This document shows positions 36,794 to 49,439 of a stretch of 64,000 nucleotides of DNA, piece after piece. This DNA comes from Octopus bimaculoides (Eukaryota): assembly GCF_001194135.2 (NCBI RefSeq), contig NC_069009.1, positions 9,603,608 through 9,667,607 of the forward strand, written 5' to 3'. The position numbers and the translations under genes were made by a program. How positions within the stretch are numbered: position 1 is the stretch's first letter; every line of letters begins with the position of its first letter. Under the pieces are notes generated by a model. That model worked only from the letters and a program-made list of their open reading frames with translations. It did no database searches and was not told the DNA's origin.

Positions 36794-38094
36794 TAAAATG
36801 GTTTAACAGTTTGGTGTGGAAGCAACAAAACAAAAAAAAAAAACAACAAAAACATTACAACCTTTTTTTTTTCATTAAATTATAAACAAAAATGTTCAAA
36901 AATAAAGCATGAAATACATAAAATTAAACACAGCCTCCTCAAGTCCTTTCACAACACAGACTGAATGTCTCTGAATCCTTAACCCATTTTCTTCCCATAG
37001 ATCAGAACAATTTTCCAACAAAGAGCAGGCAGATCAAAATTTCAAACAAGAATTATCCCCCAGAAGAATTTGGAAGATTGGAAATCTTCCAGGTGGTGAA
37101 AAACCTCAACACAGATTCTTTCCACTATATCTACAGATAAATGAAGACAGGAAAAGCAACGATGAATTATTTATGTGTATGAATCTATGCCAAAGCTAAC
37201 TGGAAATGGTACAGTGTCTTAGTTTAGTTACCTGCTCGCAATTGAAATTGAAAAAGGGCCACAAACCCAATGCCAGAAATTTAAATCCTGTTAGTTTCCA
37301 CCACCCCATCATAATTATATTTTGCACAAGCCTCTACATGGATGTCAACATGCTAGAAATAGAAGCCAAATTCGTTTTAGATCACATTATTTTAAAGGAC
37401 ACTGCAGACACCCTCCATAAGATTGCCTATCCATTTAAACTTAGCAGTCAAACCACTGCCCCCCTCAATATCTCAAAGGAATGGTCCTGAGTGCACTGTA
37501 GCCACTGCTGTGAGAGGAACCTAGTTCATTACATTGCACGCAAAGATTGCAGTCACAGCAGATTAGGCTGGTGCAGGCATCGACAACCTTTTGCGAGAAG
37601 CCGGTTGCATGAAATATGGCTCATCATCTTGTGGGCTGCACTATTTAAAAACGTTCAAGGTAAATTTCCAACAGGTAATGTCACCTAGAAAGATCCACAG
37701 GTTGCATGTGACCACAGTTTGGCTCTGACTGGGTATCTTCTCCCATAGTCTTTTAGTGTCACTGGGTGAATAGAAGCGTAACAAATGAACTAAATTTGTT
37801 TGAGTACAGTGGATTACAACCATCTGGTGTGGGCACTGATCCCTTCAATTAATTTTAATAGAGTCCAGTTGCAAGAATTCAAACCAAATATCCATGCTTC
37901 CTTGTCTTGGAGGCCATGCCTAACAAAATCATAAAACAAGTAGAGAAAGCAGTAGAGAGAGGAAAGGGTAGAGCTAACAAGCGAGGAATCCGGGCGAATT
38001 AATGAGAGGGAAGGCAGAAAATAGTAGACATGGAAGGGGAAAGAAAAGAGAAAGGGAAATAAATATGCAAAGAAAACCAAGAAGCTTAACTTAC

Positions 38095-38220
38095 CACTAT
38101 CTATTTCCTTATTACATTCTTTAGCAATATGGCCGTGTTCGTTGCACTTGTAACAACGGTCGATCTCCACTTTGCACTCTCTTGCAAAGTGACCGTAGCG
38201 GTTGCACTTGTAACACTTTT
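38095..38220 (-). CDS. CNBP: CNBP-like coding exon 2 (knuckles 2-3)
   Basis: cttatttttattgcag| ... AGTG|gtaagt; 126 nt, phase 1/1; [42 protein letters not shown], similar to Drosophila CNBP EKCYKCNQFGHFARAC. Confidence 0.95.
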
Positions 38221-39899
38221 CTGCAATAAAAATAAGTCCATAGTCAAAAATTATACAAGATAAGACAGGAAAAACATGTCAAATACAGGACAGAGGTAGT
38301 AAATATCATTCATGAAAACGATTTTGTCTGCAAATTTAACTATTATTACCACTACCACATGTACGCATAAGTCTCACACACACACACACACACACACACG
38401 CACAGTTGTGTGGTAAGAAGCTTGCTTCCAACCATATGCTTTAGGATTCAGTCCCACTGCATGGCACCTGGTCTGGCCAGGGCCTTGAGTGGATATGGTA
38501 AACAGGAACTGAAAAAAGCCCATCATATGCATGTGTGTGTGTTCCTGTGTTTGTCACTTCTCCTCCACTGCTCAACAGCCAGTGTCGGTATGCCTACGTC
38601 CACATCACAGAGATTCAACAAAAGAGACTAATAGAAGAACCAGGCTCTAGTCCTTTAGTGTTCAGACCAGTCGAAAGTGGCTAAAAATAATACCCCCTTT
38701 ATTTGTTTGAACCGGCCAGCTTCGGTTGTGAAANNNNNNNNNNNNNNNNNNNNNNNNNNNNNNNNNNNNNNNNNNNNNNNNNNNNNNNNNNNNNNNNNNN
38801 NNNNNNNNNNNNNNNNNNNNNNNNNNNNNNNNNNNNNNNNNNNNNNNNNNNNNNNNNNNNNNNNNNNNNNNNNNNNNNNNNNNNNNNNNNNNNNNNNNNN
38901 NNNNNNNNNNNNNNNNNNNNNNNNNNNNNNNNNNNNNNNNNNNNNNNNNNNNNNNNNNNNNNNNNNNNNNNNNNNNNNNNNNNNNNNNNNNNNNNNNNNN
39001 AGTGCCCTGTGTAAAGGGTGCTTTGGGCAGTTTCACGACAGAAATTATAGCATAACTAGATTTTGTTGTTTGATAGCAATATCATATTTTATTTTTATTA
39101 TTTGTGCCCTTTTAAAGCCTAGCCAGGCTCATGGGCCCGGTTTCCATGACGTATGCCCCCCTCCCCAGATGGATGGGACGCCAGTCCATCGCAGCTTTAC
39201 TCAAGAAACAGGAAGAAAGAGTGAAAGAAAGTTGGGGCGAAAGAGTACAACAGGCGTCACCACCACACTCTGCCAGAGCCTTGTGGAACTTAAGGTGTTC
39301 TTGCTCAATAAACACACACAACGCCCAGTCTGGGAATCAAAAAAGTATATTACACACTTATACTCACCTTTGTCTCGCCTCTCAAAAAGCTTTTTTTTTT
39401 TTTATTAGATGCATTCTGTTATATAAATGTATAAGAGTACATGGTATATTGACTAGTAAAAGAGTTTTCTACTTTATGAAAATGTTTGAATGAAATATAG
39501 ACGAAAGAGTAAAATCTTGCACCAATTATACCTGCATTTTATTTAATTCAAATTAATGTACCTCATCTTAAAAAGTGGCAAAATTGTTGGCTGTTGATAT
39601 CTGGGATAAATTTAGTAAATCAAACAGGTAACATGTATTAAGAATTTGAATTTTAGAGTTTTAAATTTACCTGCCCATAAATGTCAAATTTAATCAGAAA
39701 GATCTAAAATTACGTAACTATAAACCACTGGCATATAAGCACCCACTGAAAGAATTTCAAACCTGTATGTAAAAAATTCAAGGTACAAGCAAATATTGTG
39801 GACATGCCTCTGGAACCTAAATAATTCAAAATCATGTTAAACTAGCATTATATTGCCAGATTAGTCTGAACACTAAAAGTTAAAGAAATCACTTGGTTT

Positions 39900-41610
39900 G
39901 ATACACTCAACTGAAAATTCAAGCCTGTGTTTTCTACGTGCTACCTGCATGGGAGCCAGTCTGGTGGCACTGGCAATGACCACGCTCGAATGTTATTTTT
40001 CACAGGTCACCGACACAAGAGCCAATCCGTGGCCCAGGCAATGACCACGCTCAGATATGCTTTTAATGTTCCACTGGCACAAGTGCCAATCAGGCAGTAC
40101 TTTCATTAGCCATGTCAGCGATTTTTATTTGATTTCACTTGCCTCAATAGGTCTTTGCAAGCAAAGTTTATTGTCCAATGAATGAGGGATATTCATAAGT
40201 GGGCTGGTTACACCCACAGCATATCTCCAAAGGTATCGGTCACTAGTCATTGCCTCGGTAAGGCCCAGTGTTCGAAGGTCGTTCTTCACCACCTCGTCCC
40301 AGGTCTTCCTGGGTCTACCGCTTCCACAGGTTCCCTCAACTGCTATGGTATGACACTTTTTCACACAACCTGTCCTCATCCATTCACAACACATGACCAT
40401 ACCAGTGCAGTCATCTCTCTTGCACACTACATCTGATGCTTCTTAAATCCAACTTTACACATGCATCATACAGTCTACCATTTACTCTGAGCGAGAGGCC
40501 CTTTGTCACCAGCAGAGGAGCTCTCTTAACTTTGCCCAAGTATTCTTATTCTAGCAGCCACACTTTCAGGGCATCCACCCCAGCTACTGACTTGGTCCCC
40601 TAGGTAACTGAAGCTATCAACTACTTGTAGTGACAGCAGCGGTTCTCTACACATTTTCGGTGTTTATAGTTACCTGAGCATTTGCCACATGCAAAAACTA
40701 TCTTCCCAGTTAGACTTCCTTTGATATTGCTGCACCGCTTATTTGTCCATAGCTTACACTGGGTACATCTTATGTAGTTTCTACCTACACCTATTCTATG
40801 GATCAAGCAGGGCCATCTACCTGAAGGGATTTGTGGTTTGTCTGCCTTCCTACTTATTAAGACTTTGGTTTTAGCTAAGTCGGCTCTAAGGCCCTTCGAT
40901 TCTAATCCTTGCTTCCACACATGAAACTTTTCCTCTAGTTCTGATGGTGACTCAGCAATTAGAGCAAGGTCATCATTATAGAGGAGCTTCCAGGGGCATC
41001 CTGTCTTGAGTTCCTCTGTTATTGCTTGGAGGACTATGATGAATAAGAGGGGGCTGAGGATTGAACCTTGGTGGACCCCTTCCCAGGATTCCTCACTGTA
41101 CTCGTTGCCAAAGCTCACCTTACTGACAGCATCCCTGTACATGGCTTGCACAGCTCTCACTAACTATTCATCTATCCCTAGTTTCCTCATTGACCACCAG
41201 ATAAATGATCAGGGAACCCTTTCAAAGGCTTTCTCCATGTCAACGAAAGCCAGGTGCAGAGGTTTATCTTTGGCTAGGTATTTCTCCTGCAGCTGTGTTA
41301 CCAGAAATATAGCATCAGTGGTGCATATACCTGGCACAAACCCAAACTGCATCTCATCTAAGCTGACTCTCTAATTAGTTGGGCTATGACCCTCTCCATG
41401 ACCTTCATTACCTGATCCAACAACTTTATACCTCTGAAATAATTTTTATCTAAAGCATCACCTTTACTTTTGTAGCAGTTGACTATGTTGCTGCTACACC
41501 AGTGATTGGGTATGACCCCTTCATGTATCACCTGGTTAACTATATAGATGACTAGGCTATAGCCAGCATTACCAGATATTTTGAGCATCCCTGCGGTGAT
41601 TGCGGATGGA
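39900..41610 (-). mobile_element. RTE-X-like LINE, 5'-truncated, with internal deletions
   Basis: ORFs 41358..41693, 40621..41160 and 40125..40427: RGIKLLDQVMKVMERV; GVHQGSILSPLLFIIVL...LYNDDLAL; PHD-like insert; VEGTCGSGRPRKTWDEVV; then 3' tail. Confidence 0.9.
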
Positions 41611-41640
41611 CCGGGGGGAGGGGGTCTTTCCCTGCTGCCA

Positions 41641-41811
41641 GTAAGGTGAGCGTTGGCAACGAGTACAGTGAGGAATCCTGGGTAGGGGTCCACCCAGGAT
41701 CAGTCCTCAGCCCCCTCTTATTCATCATAGTCCTCCAAGCAACAACAGAAGAATTCAAGATAGGATACCCCTGGGAGCTCCTATGCTGATGACCTTGCTC
41801 TAATTGCTGAG
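41641..41811 (+). repeat. Inverted duplicate of LINE RT segment 40951-41123
   Basis: gtaaggtgagcgttggcaacgagtacagtgaggaatcc...ccttgctctaattgctgag is a high-identity reverse complement of 40951-41123. Confidence 0.85.
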
Positions 41812-44703
41812 ACACTTATAGCACCTAGGTTTACCAAGCGGTCAGCCATCGAAGTACTCACTAGGTTCGATGTTGCCTAACTTTGGTGATCGGATGAGAA
41901 CTGGTGCTTTCAACGTAATATGACATACATACATACACATATGAAAAGCAGAGAATACACCTTTACGACAGGCTCTTACAGTTTTCATGTACCAGGTCAC
42001 CCATAAAGCAGTCCAGAGTTCATACCAGTCAGCGTTAGTGGGAATGAAACCTAAATCCAAAGCAACCTTACGCCAGCACCAACACACAAGTATCTAAAAT
42101 GTAATTAGCACTGAATAACAAAAATAATCTTAAATATATATTGTATTGCATAACCCAACATTAATTTTTCTCTAACTGCCTCACATCATCACTAGTGTTT
42201 CTCTGAAACCATTACCCCAGATTATTTTTAAATTGATCTTGTCAAGGCAAATACAGAGATATTCCATTCAACAATTTAATGACTGCCGTGGAACTTGAAG
42301 TTACAAAACTTGAAAATATCCTCATCTAACAGCTGTCCAGACTCCCTTACATTTATAAGACAAATGGCCCCATGGTTCTGGTGCCAGTGCAAGTAAGAAA
42401 TGTTACTGTTAAGTAAGCAATTCAAGAAACTAAATTCAATAAACTCTAAGTTTATTAAGCAATGTTTCACATTTAGTAATTCATAGCGCATACAAGTGAA
42501 GTGTGTATATATACATACATAACTGCATATTTCATTGTCGTAGGGCTGTGGAGTCGAAACAAAAAACTTCAACACCTCGACTATTGGTACCTCTGACTCC
42601 AACTCCCCTTTATGTAATTAAGTAATTGTGATCCACATATCTCCAAAGCATTTGCATACACTTGTATTTTGAGTAAACCTATATGTTATAACCATTTTAT
42701 ATTAAATAAAGATACAAGTTGGAGTTGCTAAAACTAAAGCAATTGATTCTAGCTACAGCTTAATTGTTTCCAACTCCAACTTCACAGCCCTGCAGTGTCC
42801 CACAAGTGTTTTAAATTTACCATCATCCAACTCATGCCAGCTTGGAAAAGCAGGCCTAAAAAAAGAGAGAGAGAGAGATACCAGTCTCAAGTCTACAAGC
42901 TCATTACACATTCTAGCCTAGTTAGAGACAAAAAATACAAGACTGCCAGGACTCCATTGTCATGAGCTACAAGCTGCTTGTAGTATTCTGGATTAGAGTA
43001 ATAAGAAGTATGCGAGTACCTGTGTGCATACACTACCCATCATAAATAGCCCAAGCATGGCTGTATGATCATGAATTTTGCTTCGTAACCAGATAGTATT
43101 GGGTTCTGTCCCAGTGTGGCACTTCATGTGTCTTGTACTATTGCAGCTTTGTAATGACCAGTAATCTTGAGGGAAATTTAGCAGACAGAAATGGTACAAT
43201 ATCTATTTCAGCATGTGCCCCCATTTGAAAAGTAAACAAGCACTGGCAACTGTAAAGTTCGTTTTATTACCAATCTTAAGCTGTATACTATACATGGTAC
43301 AACAGACATGCATCTACTGCAGCCATGAACTGATCAAAGCCTTCTCCACTGAATTAGTAGAAACCGTCATGTGTGTTCATGCATTCATCTTTTGTTCTTT
43401 GCATGCAAAGCATCAAACAAAAGAACAAAACTGATATCCTTTGCCAGTGGTTCACAGCCGTTTATTGCCAATGGACTCCCCCGATTCCTATTTTACTTTC
43501 CTGGACATAAAAATCTTGCTGCATTTTTATAATTGAATATTCGGAACTGTATTAAAAAATGTTCATATTTTGTGTATTGTAGAAGTATAATCAATTTACT
43601 GCAAAAATTTTAAAAGCAAAACTTTATATTGACCTCGTAAAATACACCATTTCAAGCGTGGCCATTGCCAGTACCCCCTGACTAGCCTTCGTGCTGGTGG
43701 CACGTAAAAGCACCCACTACACTCTGAGTGGTTGGCGTTAGGAAGGGCATCCAGCTGTAGAAACTCTGCCAGATCAGATTGGAGCCTGGTGTAGCCACCT
43801 GGTCCACCAGTCCTCAGTCAAATCGTCCAAACCATGCTAACACGGAAAGTGGATGTTAAACGATGATGAAGGGCAATATGTACCTCAGTTGAGAACCACT
43901 GTCCCTAACAAGTTGTTCCATAGCTCCAGGTTTGTGAAGACAAGTGAAATAAAAAAAAAAGAAGTACAAGTAAAACAGGCAATGGTTACAGACAGGTGAC
44001 TGGAAAACAATGCCTCAATACATATGCTGCTAGCATGGAAAAATGGACATAAAAACAGGCAAAAACAAAAATTCTAAAGCAGGAATCCAAGATTCCTATA
44101 TACAGTTGTATCCACTGTTTAACTTCATAGAAAATGGATGTTAAATGATATTTAACATTCTCTTTGCCACATCCTATCACAGCGTATTCCATTTCTCAAT
44201 TTTGTCCCCCACCACTTATCCTTTTGAAATTATTTTAGTGCATCCTACTTTGCTTTCAACTTTATTCTTCCCACCCATGCCCCAGTGTACCCCTTATTCT
44301 TCTTCAGTGCACCTCCTACTCCTCATGCTCTCATTTTATAAAACCTTGTTTCTCCTTAGATTTCTCCAACCATCCTACACCACCACAACCTCATAACTAA
44401 TACCTTACTCAAATATTACAAGTGTATTTTAATTTGCCTTGCTTTCCAGAAAAATTATTAAGAATCGTATAAAAGTGAACCATTATACTTTAAGTAAACC
44501 ACTACTGAAAATCTTGGTCTTTTACCTGACAAAATTAAGGCATTGGTGAAAATGCCAAGCTGTATTCCTCTCAAGTCTTTATGTTCCAAATTCAACTTTG
44601 CCTTATCCTTTCAGAGCTATTAAAAGTACCAGTCAATTACTGGGATTAGTGTAACTAAATCTTCCCCACAAAATCCTAGGCTCTGTGCCTATGTTAGAAT
44701 CTC

Positions 44704-44755
<52 letters not shown>

Positions 44756-46239
44756 ACTGTGTGATGAGAGTCAACCCCTTCTATTGTATTAAAAAATATA
44801 TAACGGACAGAGCACAAATCAAACTGCTCTTTCACAATACAAGCCCCAACGAGTAGTATAAAGAGTAATTATTCCCACAAATCCTACAGGGATTAAAGAA
44901 AGAATAAACTTGCAGAGAAACACACCTAAGGAATCCATTAATTTGTAGTGAGAGAAAACCTAAATGTGAATGTAAGGCATACAACTGCCCCCCTGAGGGG
45001 AGCACAAGGCTAATCTTCCTTGATGAAAAGGTAATATATCGATGTAGAATTGTAGCAGCCAAGCTTTTAAAAATCTTGCAGAAGACTGCAAGAGCAGACC
45101 TGGCTCAGTGGATACACACAAGGCCATCACAAAGATGTTCTATTCAATGTCACACGTCACAGTGTAGTAACGAGATACCTTGCAGCATGCAGTGAAGCAA
45201 AAAGCATGGATGCTTACAAAAATGCACTTAACACCACTAAGCATTTTGTCTGGCATGCAAACAATTCTGCCAGGAATAAACACCCATGAAGATGTCACAT
45301 TAAAATTCTGTTTGTGATACAAAATCAGTACATACACAGTACCTTGATGTCTAAAAGATTTGTATATGCCACCTACTGAATGCCTCAAATTATATTGGCA
45401 AATTATAAAAGTAGTATCAGAAAGAAAAGTATATTTTATATCAGTCTAAATGGGGCCCAACATATTGTACTTCTCTTGGGCTGGATCTGGCTGGTTTAAA
45501 TGCTAAACCAGCCCTACCTGTTCTATGTTCAAACTAGCCAGATCCAGCCTCCAACACCTATCCTAAACGTCATTTTAAAAATATGCAATCACATCATCAA
45601 AATCTCAAAGCTATGAGAATAAAACCATTAAAAAGTGTGGTTAAATAAGCATTGCATTTGATCAAGTAATCTGAATATTTATTAAAAAATATTCCATCAC
45701 AGATGACAATACATTGATCTCTGCTTTACAAATAACACAAAACTCCTCCACAAAGTGAAGCTGTTACTCATAACTATAACAAAATCATCAATGATCCAAA
45801 CAAACCTGTAGATATGCATCTCACAAAGAGCACTGGAAATCTACAAGGATCACAAGATATCAATTCTAAGACATCTTTGAACAGGACTGGTTCAAAAGTC
45901 TGTGCAAGACAACATGAAAATTGAACAACTAATGCTGATGCAAACCAATAGCTTAAGTTGGATTTGTTCTAAAAAGGAATAAAGTCAGCATATACAAATA
46001 TTCTCAGAGACAGGAAAATACATAAAAGAAATCTCATTTATTTATTAAACAAAACCAGTGGAGAATGCATTTTTCCTAAAAATCAAAAATCACTTTCGTA
46101 AAGGAGAGCTAAAAAATAAAATGGGTTTATAGACGAAGTAATAAACCCTTTGTGTTTCTACAATTCAATATGCAAGGTAAGCTAAAACTAGTAAAATTAA
46201 CTGATTACGACTCGTTGAGGCAAGTGAAATCATTGTCAT

Positions 46240-46650
46240 GGCCGATGACAGTACTGCCTGATTGGCACCCGTGCCAGTGGAACATTAAAAGCATCATTCA
46301 AGCATGATCGTTGCCAGCGTCACCTGACTGGCTACTGTGCTAGTGGCACGTTCAAAACACCAGTTGAGTGTGGTCGTTGCCAGTGCCATCAGACTGGCTC
46401 CTGTGCAGGTGGCATGTAAAATGCCACCATTTGAGCATGGTTGATGCCAGTGCCGCCTGACTGGCCCTCATGCTGGTGGTATGTAAAAGCACCCACTACA
46501 CTCTTGGAGTGCTTGGCATTAGGAAGGGCATCCAGCTGTAGAAACTTTGCCAAATCAGATTGAAGCCTGATGTAGCTTTCTGGCTCACCAGCCCTCAATT
46601 AAACCATCCAACTCATGCCAGCATAGAAATGTGGACGTTAAACAATGATG
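46240..46650 (+). repeat. LINE 3'UTR tail carrying ~4 tandem ~60-bp subrepeats
   Basis: Repeating gttgccagtg....gactggc....gtg..ggtggca.gt.aaa..cacc units, then the common gagtg.ttggc.ttaggaagggcatcc tail. Confidence 0.65.
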
Positions 46651-49306
46651 ATGATACACTGGCACATAAGGACGAGTCACTCCTCCCCCATTCTTTTCAG
46701 TCCTGCCAGCTGCCTGACAGCCTCACGAATGCCAACAGCAGAAAAAATAGCATCCAATCCAGTTTGAAAAATGGTTGACATTAGCAAGGGAATCCAGCTA
46801 TAGAAACATGGCAAAGCCGATAGCGGAACTTGGAACAGCCCTGTGGCTTGTCAAATCCTATCACACAGTCCAACTCGTGCCATCATGAAAAGTAGGCATT
46901 AAATGATATGAACCAAGGTTGGCCTCAGTACATTTCCAACAGTTCTCATGGAAAAGCAAAAACTGCTTCACTTTCTCCCCCAAAATATGGAAGAAGGCAT
47001 ACATCCTAACCATTAGAGGAGGAAGAGGGACTGACATAAAAAATTGAAGGCCTATCAAACTCACATTACCTATCTTCTAAGTTAAACTATCAAAAAGAAC
47101 TTGATTGCATTCATCAGAGTAAAATGACTTGGTCTTGCTTCCATAAGAGAGCTGCTTCACACAGCTTCTACAGTATTATGACAATCATCCATACATGGAT
47201 TTAGTGTATCCCAAAAGTTGGAAATATAGAAGTTTTTTGAGAACTAGGGGTCAGGTTTACTGCAGCCAATGGGAGCAGTAATTCTGAGTAGTTTCTCAAG
47301 GAACTGTCTTGGGGCCATTACTGTTTGTAGTAGCTCTCTCACTCACCTTGCATTGCTTTGACATCCACTCTCTCTTGCTAAGAATATCAAGAGCCCTGAT
47401 GATGCCAAAAGCACCCATTCAGAAAGTTTCTAATACAACATACATATTGGTTTCAAATGTTGGCACAAGGCCAGCAATTTCGAAGAAACGGGTTTAAGCC
47501 AATTATATCAACCCCAATGAAGAATTGGTACGTATTTTATCAACCCTGAGAGGATGAAAGGTTATGTTGACCTCAGCAAAATTTGAACTCAGAACACAAT
47601 ATTGGCTCAAGAAAAAGTTTAACATTTAAAAATTTCATATCAGTCCTAAAACAAAATGCAGCCAGGATGCATAAGAGCAGGATAGATTGCAAACCAGAGT
47701 CACAGAGAGTGTGTAGCATGCAAGTAAAAATGAACAATGATGCTTGGGAACAAGTCTGAAGTACATTTGTTCTCAAAGCTATTGCTCACAACTATGGCAG
47801 TCAAGTAGGAGACTAAACAGAGGAACCCACAATAATCCAACATTTGTTACACTAAGATGAGGAAGATATCTAGTGCTTTCTAAATCTTGGAAGGATTAGC
47901 ACCAATTTAGGCATTGAGTAACATCAATCTCTAAATATGACAATACTACATAGGTCCCTCCTCCATCTTAGACAAGATATTCTGAAAAATGAGGTGAATG
48001 ATGAGTGGATGAACATTAAAACAATACTTATGAGTCACCTATGCCAAAAGCAGCAGTGTTAAACACCTTCATTCATCAAAAAATCTATGACCGGAGGATC
48101 TAACTACAGTAATGGCAGGGCAGATGGACTGAAACTGGTAAGGGTGTATATTTACACATTCATACATAGAGAGAGAGAGACTGTAGACAACCTTATCAGA
48201 ATTTTCTTCATGCAGTTATAAGCAACTCTGAAGGAGAGGAACACATGCACATGTGATCTGTTTCCTAAAGCATTGGTTGAGTCAAGGCTATATAGCAGAA
48301 AACAGGTCCTCCATGTACAAGATGAGTGAACCTGAAACCGAAACCATGTGATTACAAACCTAGCTGTGTAACCAAACTGTTAGGCATGTTGTGTATATAC
48401 AAATATACTGTATATTCACACACAGGCAGAATTATGGAAAAGAAATTTAAACATTTTAAATCCCCGTCCCATATCCTAAAAGTTCCACTATATTTTGAAT
48501 TATTTTTTTCTAAATCAGCATTTAAAATATGACAGTCTGAATTTTTCCCAGTAATGGACCACTCTAGGATGCATTCATCATTCCATAAAACACATTTATG
48601 CAGAGAAAAATATTGAAAAACATCAATGTCAGTGACAAAGAAACGAGGAAGGTCAGTGGTCATGAGATGTGCTAAAAATAACAGCTAAAGTACACTTAAA
48701 TCTTGCACACAATTTTTTTTTTTTGGTCATAATATGAATTCCTGTGAACATGAAAAAAAATCTTCAAAAATTTTCTGAATATTCCAGAAAGTCAATGTTT
48801 AAAATAAAGAATTTAGTAAAATACCTTTCTCATTACTGAACAAACTAGCATAAAATTTTTATGGAAGATAGTAATTAACTTTAAAAATATTTATTTCATA
48901 GAACCTGTGTTAGGCACAGGCAGGTTGGTATCAAAAAGGTTAAACCAAAATTCCACCCAGACACTATAACCAGTTTTAACTTTTGACAAGCAAAAGAACT
49001 TATGTGGATCCAACTCTCATCACACACATGATCAGTCTCTAACTTGGAGATCTAGTTCTAACATGGAATTCAGCATGAACTTCACACTTCATAACCACTG
49101 GAGCATGATACACCCCAAAGAAAAACAAGATTATTAAGTCTCTACGTGGCTGTCCCAACCTGCTAGTAATGGCAACCAAATCTTAAATCCTACTTACTCA
49201 ACTGTCGGTTTAGATGGATGTCTTAAAATAGAGCATGAACACCTTTGATCATGAGTTTACCAGATAAGGTGTAGCCTGAGGCTAAACAAACAACAATCAT
49301 ACTTAC

Positions 49307-49439
49307 CACCGGTATTGTTTCGAGATCGCGGATCTCGCATGCCGGTATTACTCCGGCCTCCCATACCAGAGATAGTGCTGCGACACTCTCGCGCATAGTG
49401 TCCTGTTCTACTGCATTTATAGCACTTATCGTTACTCAT
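49307..49439 (-). CDS. CNBP: CNBP-like (CCHC zinc-knuckle nucleic-acid-binding protein) first coding exon
   Basis: Acceptor ttttcttcctgttttgcag|A-ATG; MSNDKCYKCSRTGHYAREC + Gly/Arg linker; donor G|gtaagt at 49306. The four exons join to 579 nt = 192 aa + stop. Confidence 0.95.

Noticed and set aside
46240-46500. CRISPR-like repeat-spacer pattern
   Set aside because: The units are degenerate tandem subrepeats of a eukaryotic LINE 3'UTR without unique spacers; no cas genes.
30386-49306. Intronic C/D-box snoRNAs (expected in TOP-type host genes)
   Set aside because: My partial scan found no convincing RTGATGA...CTGA pair with a terminal stem; needs snoscan/Infernal.
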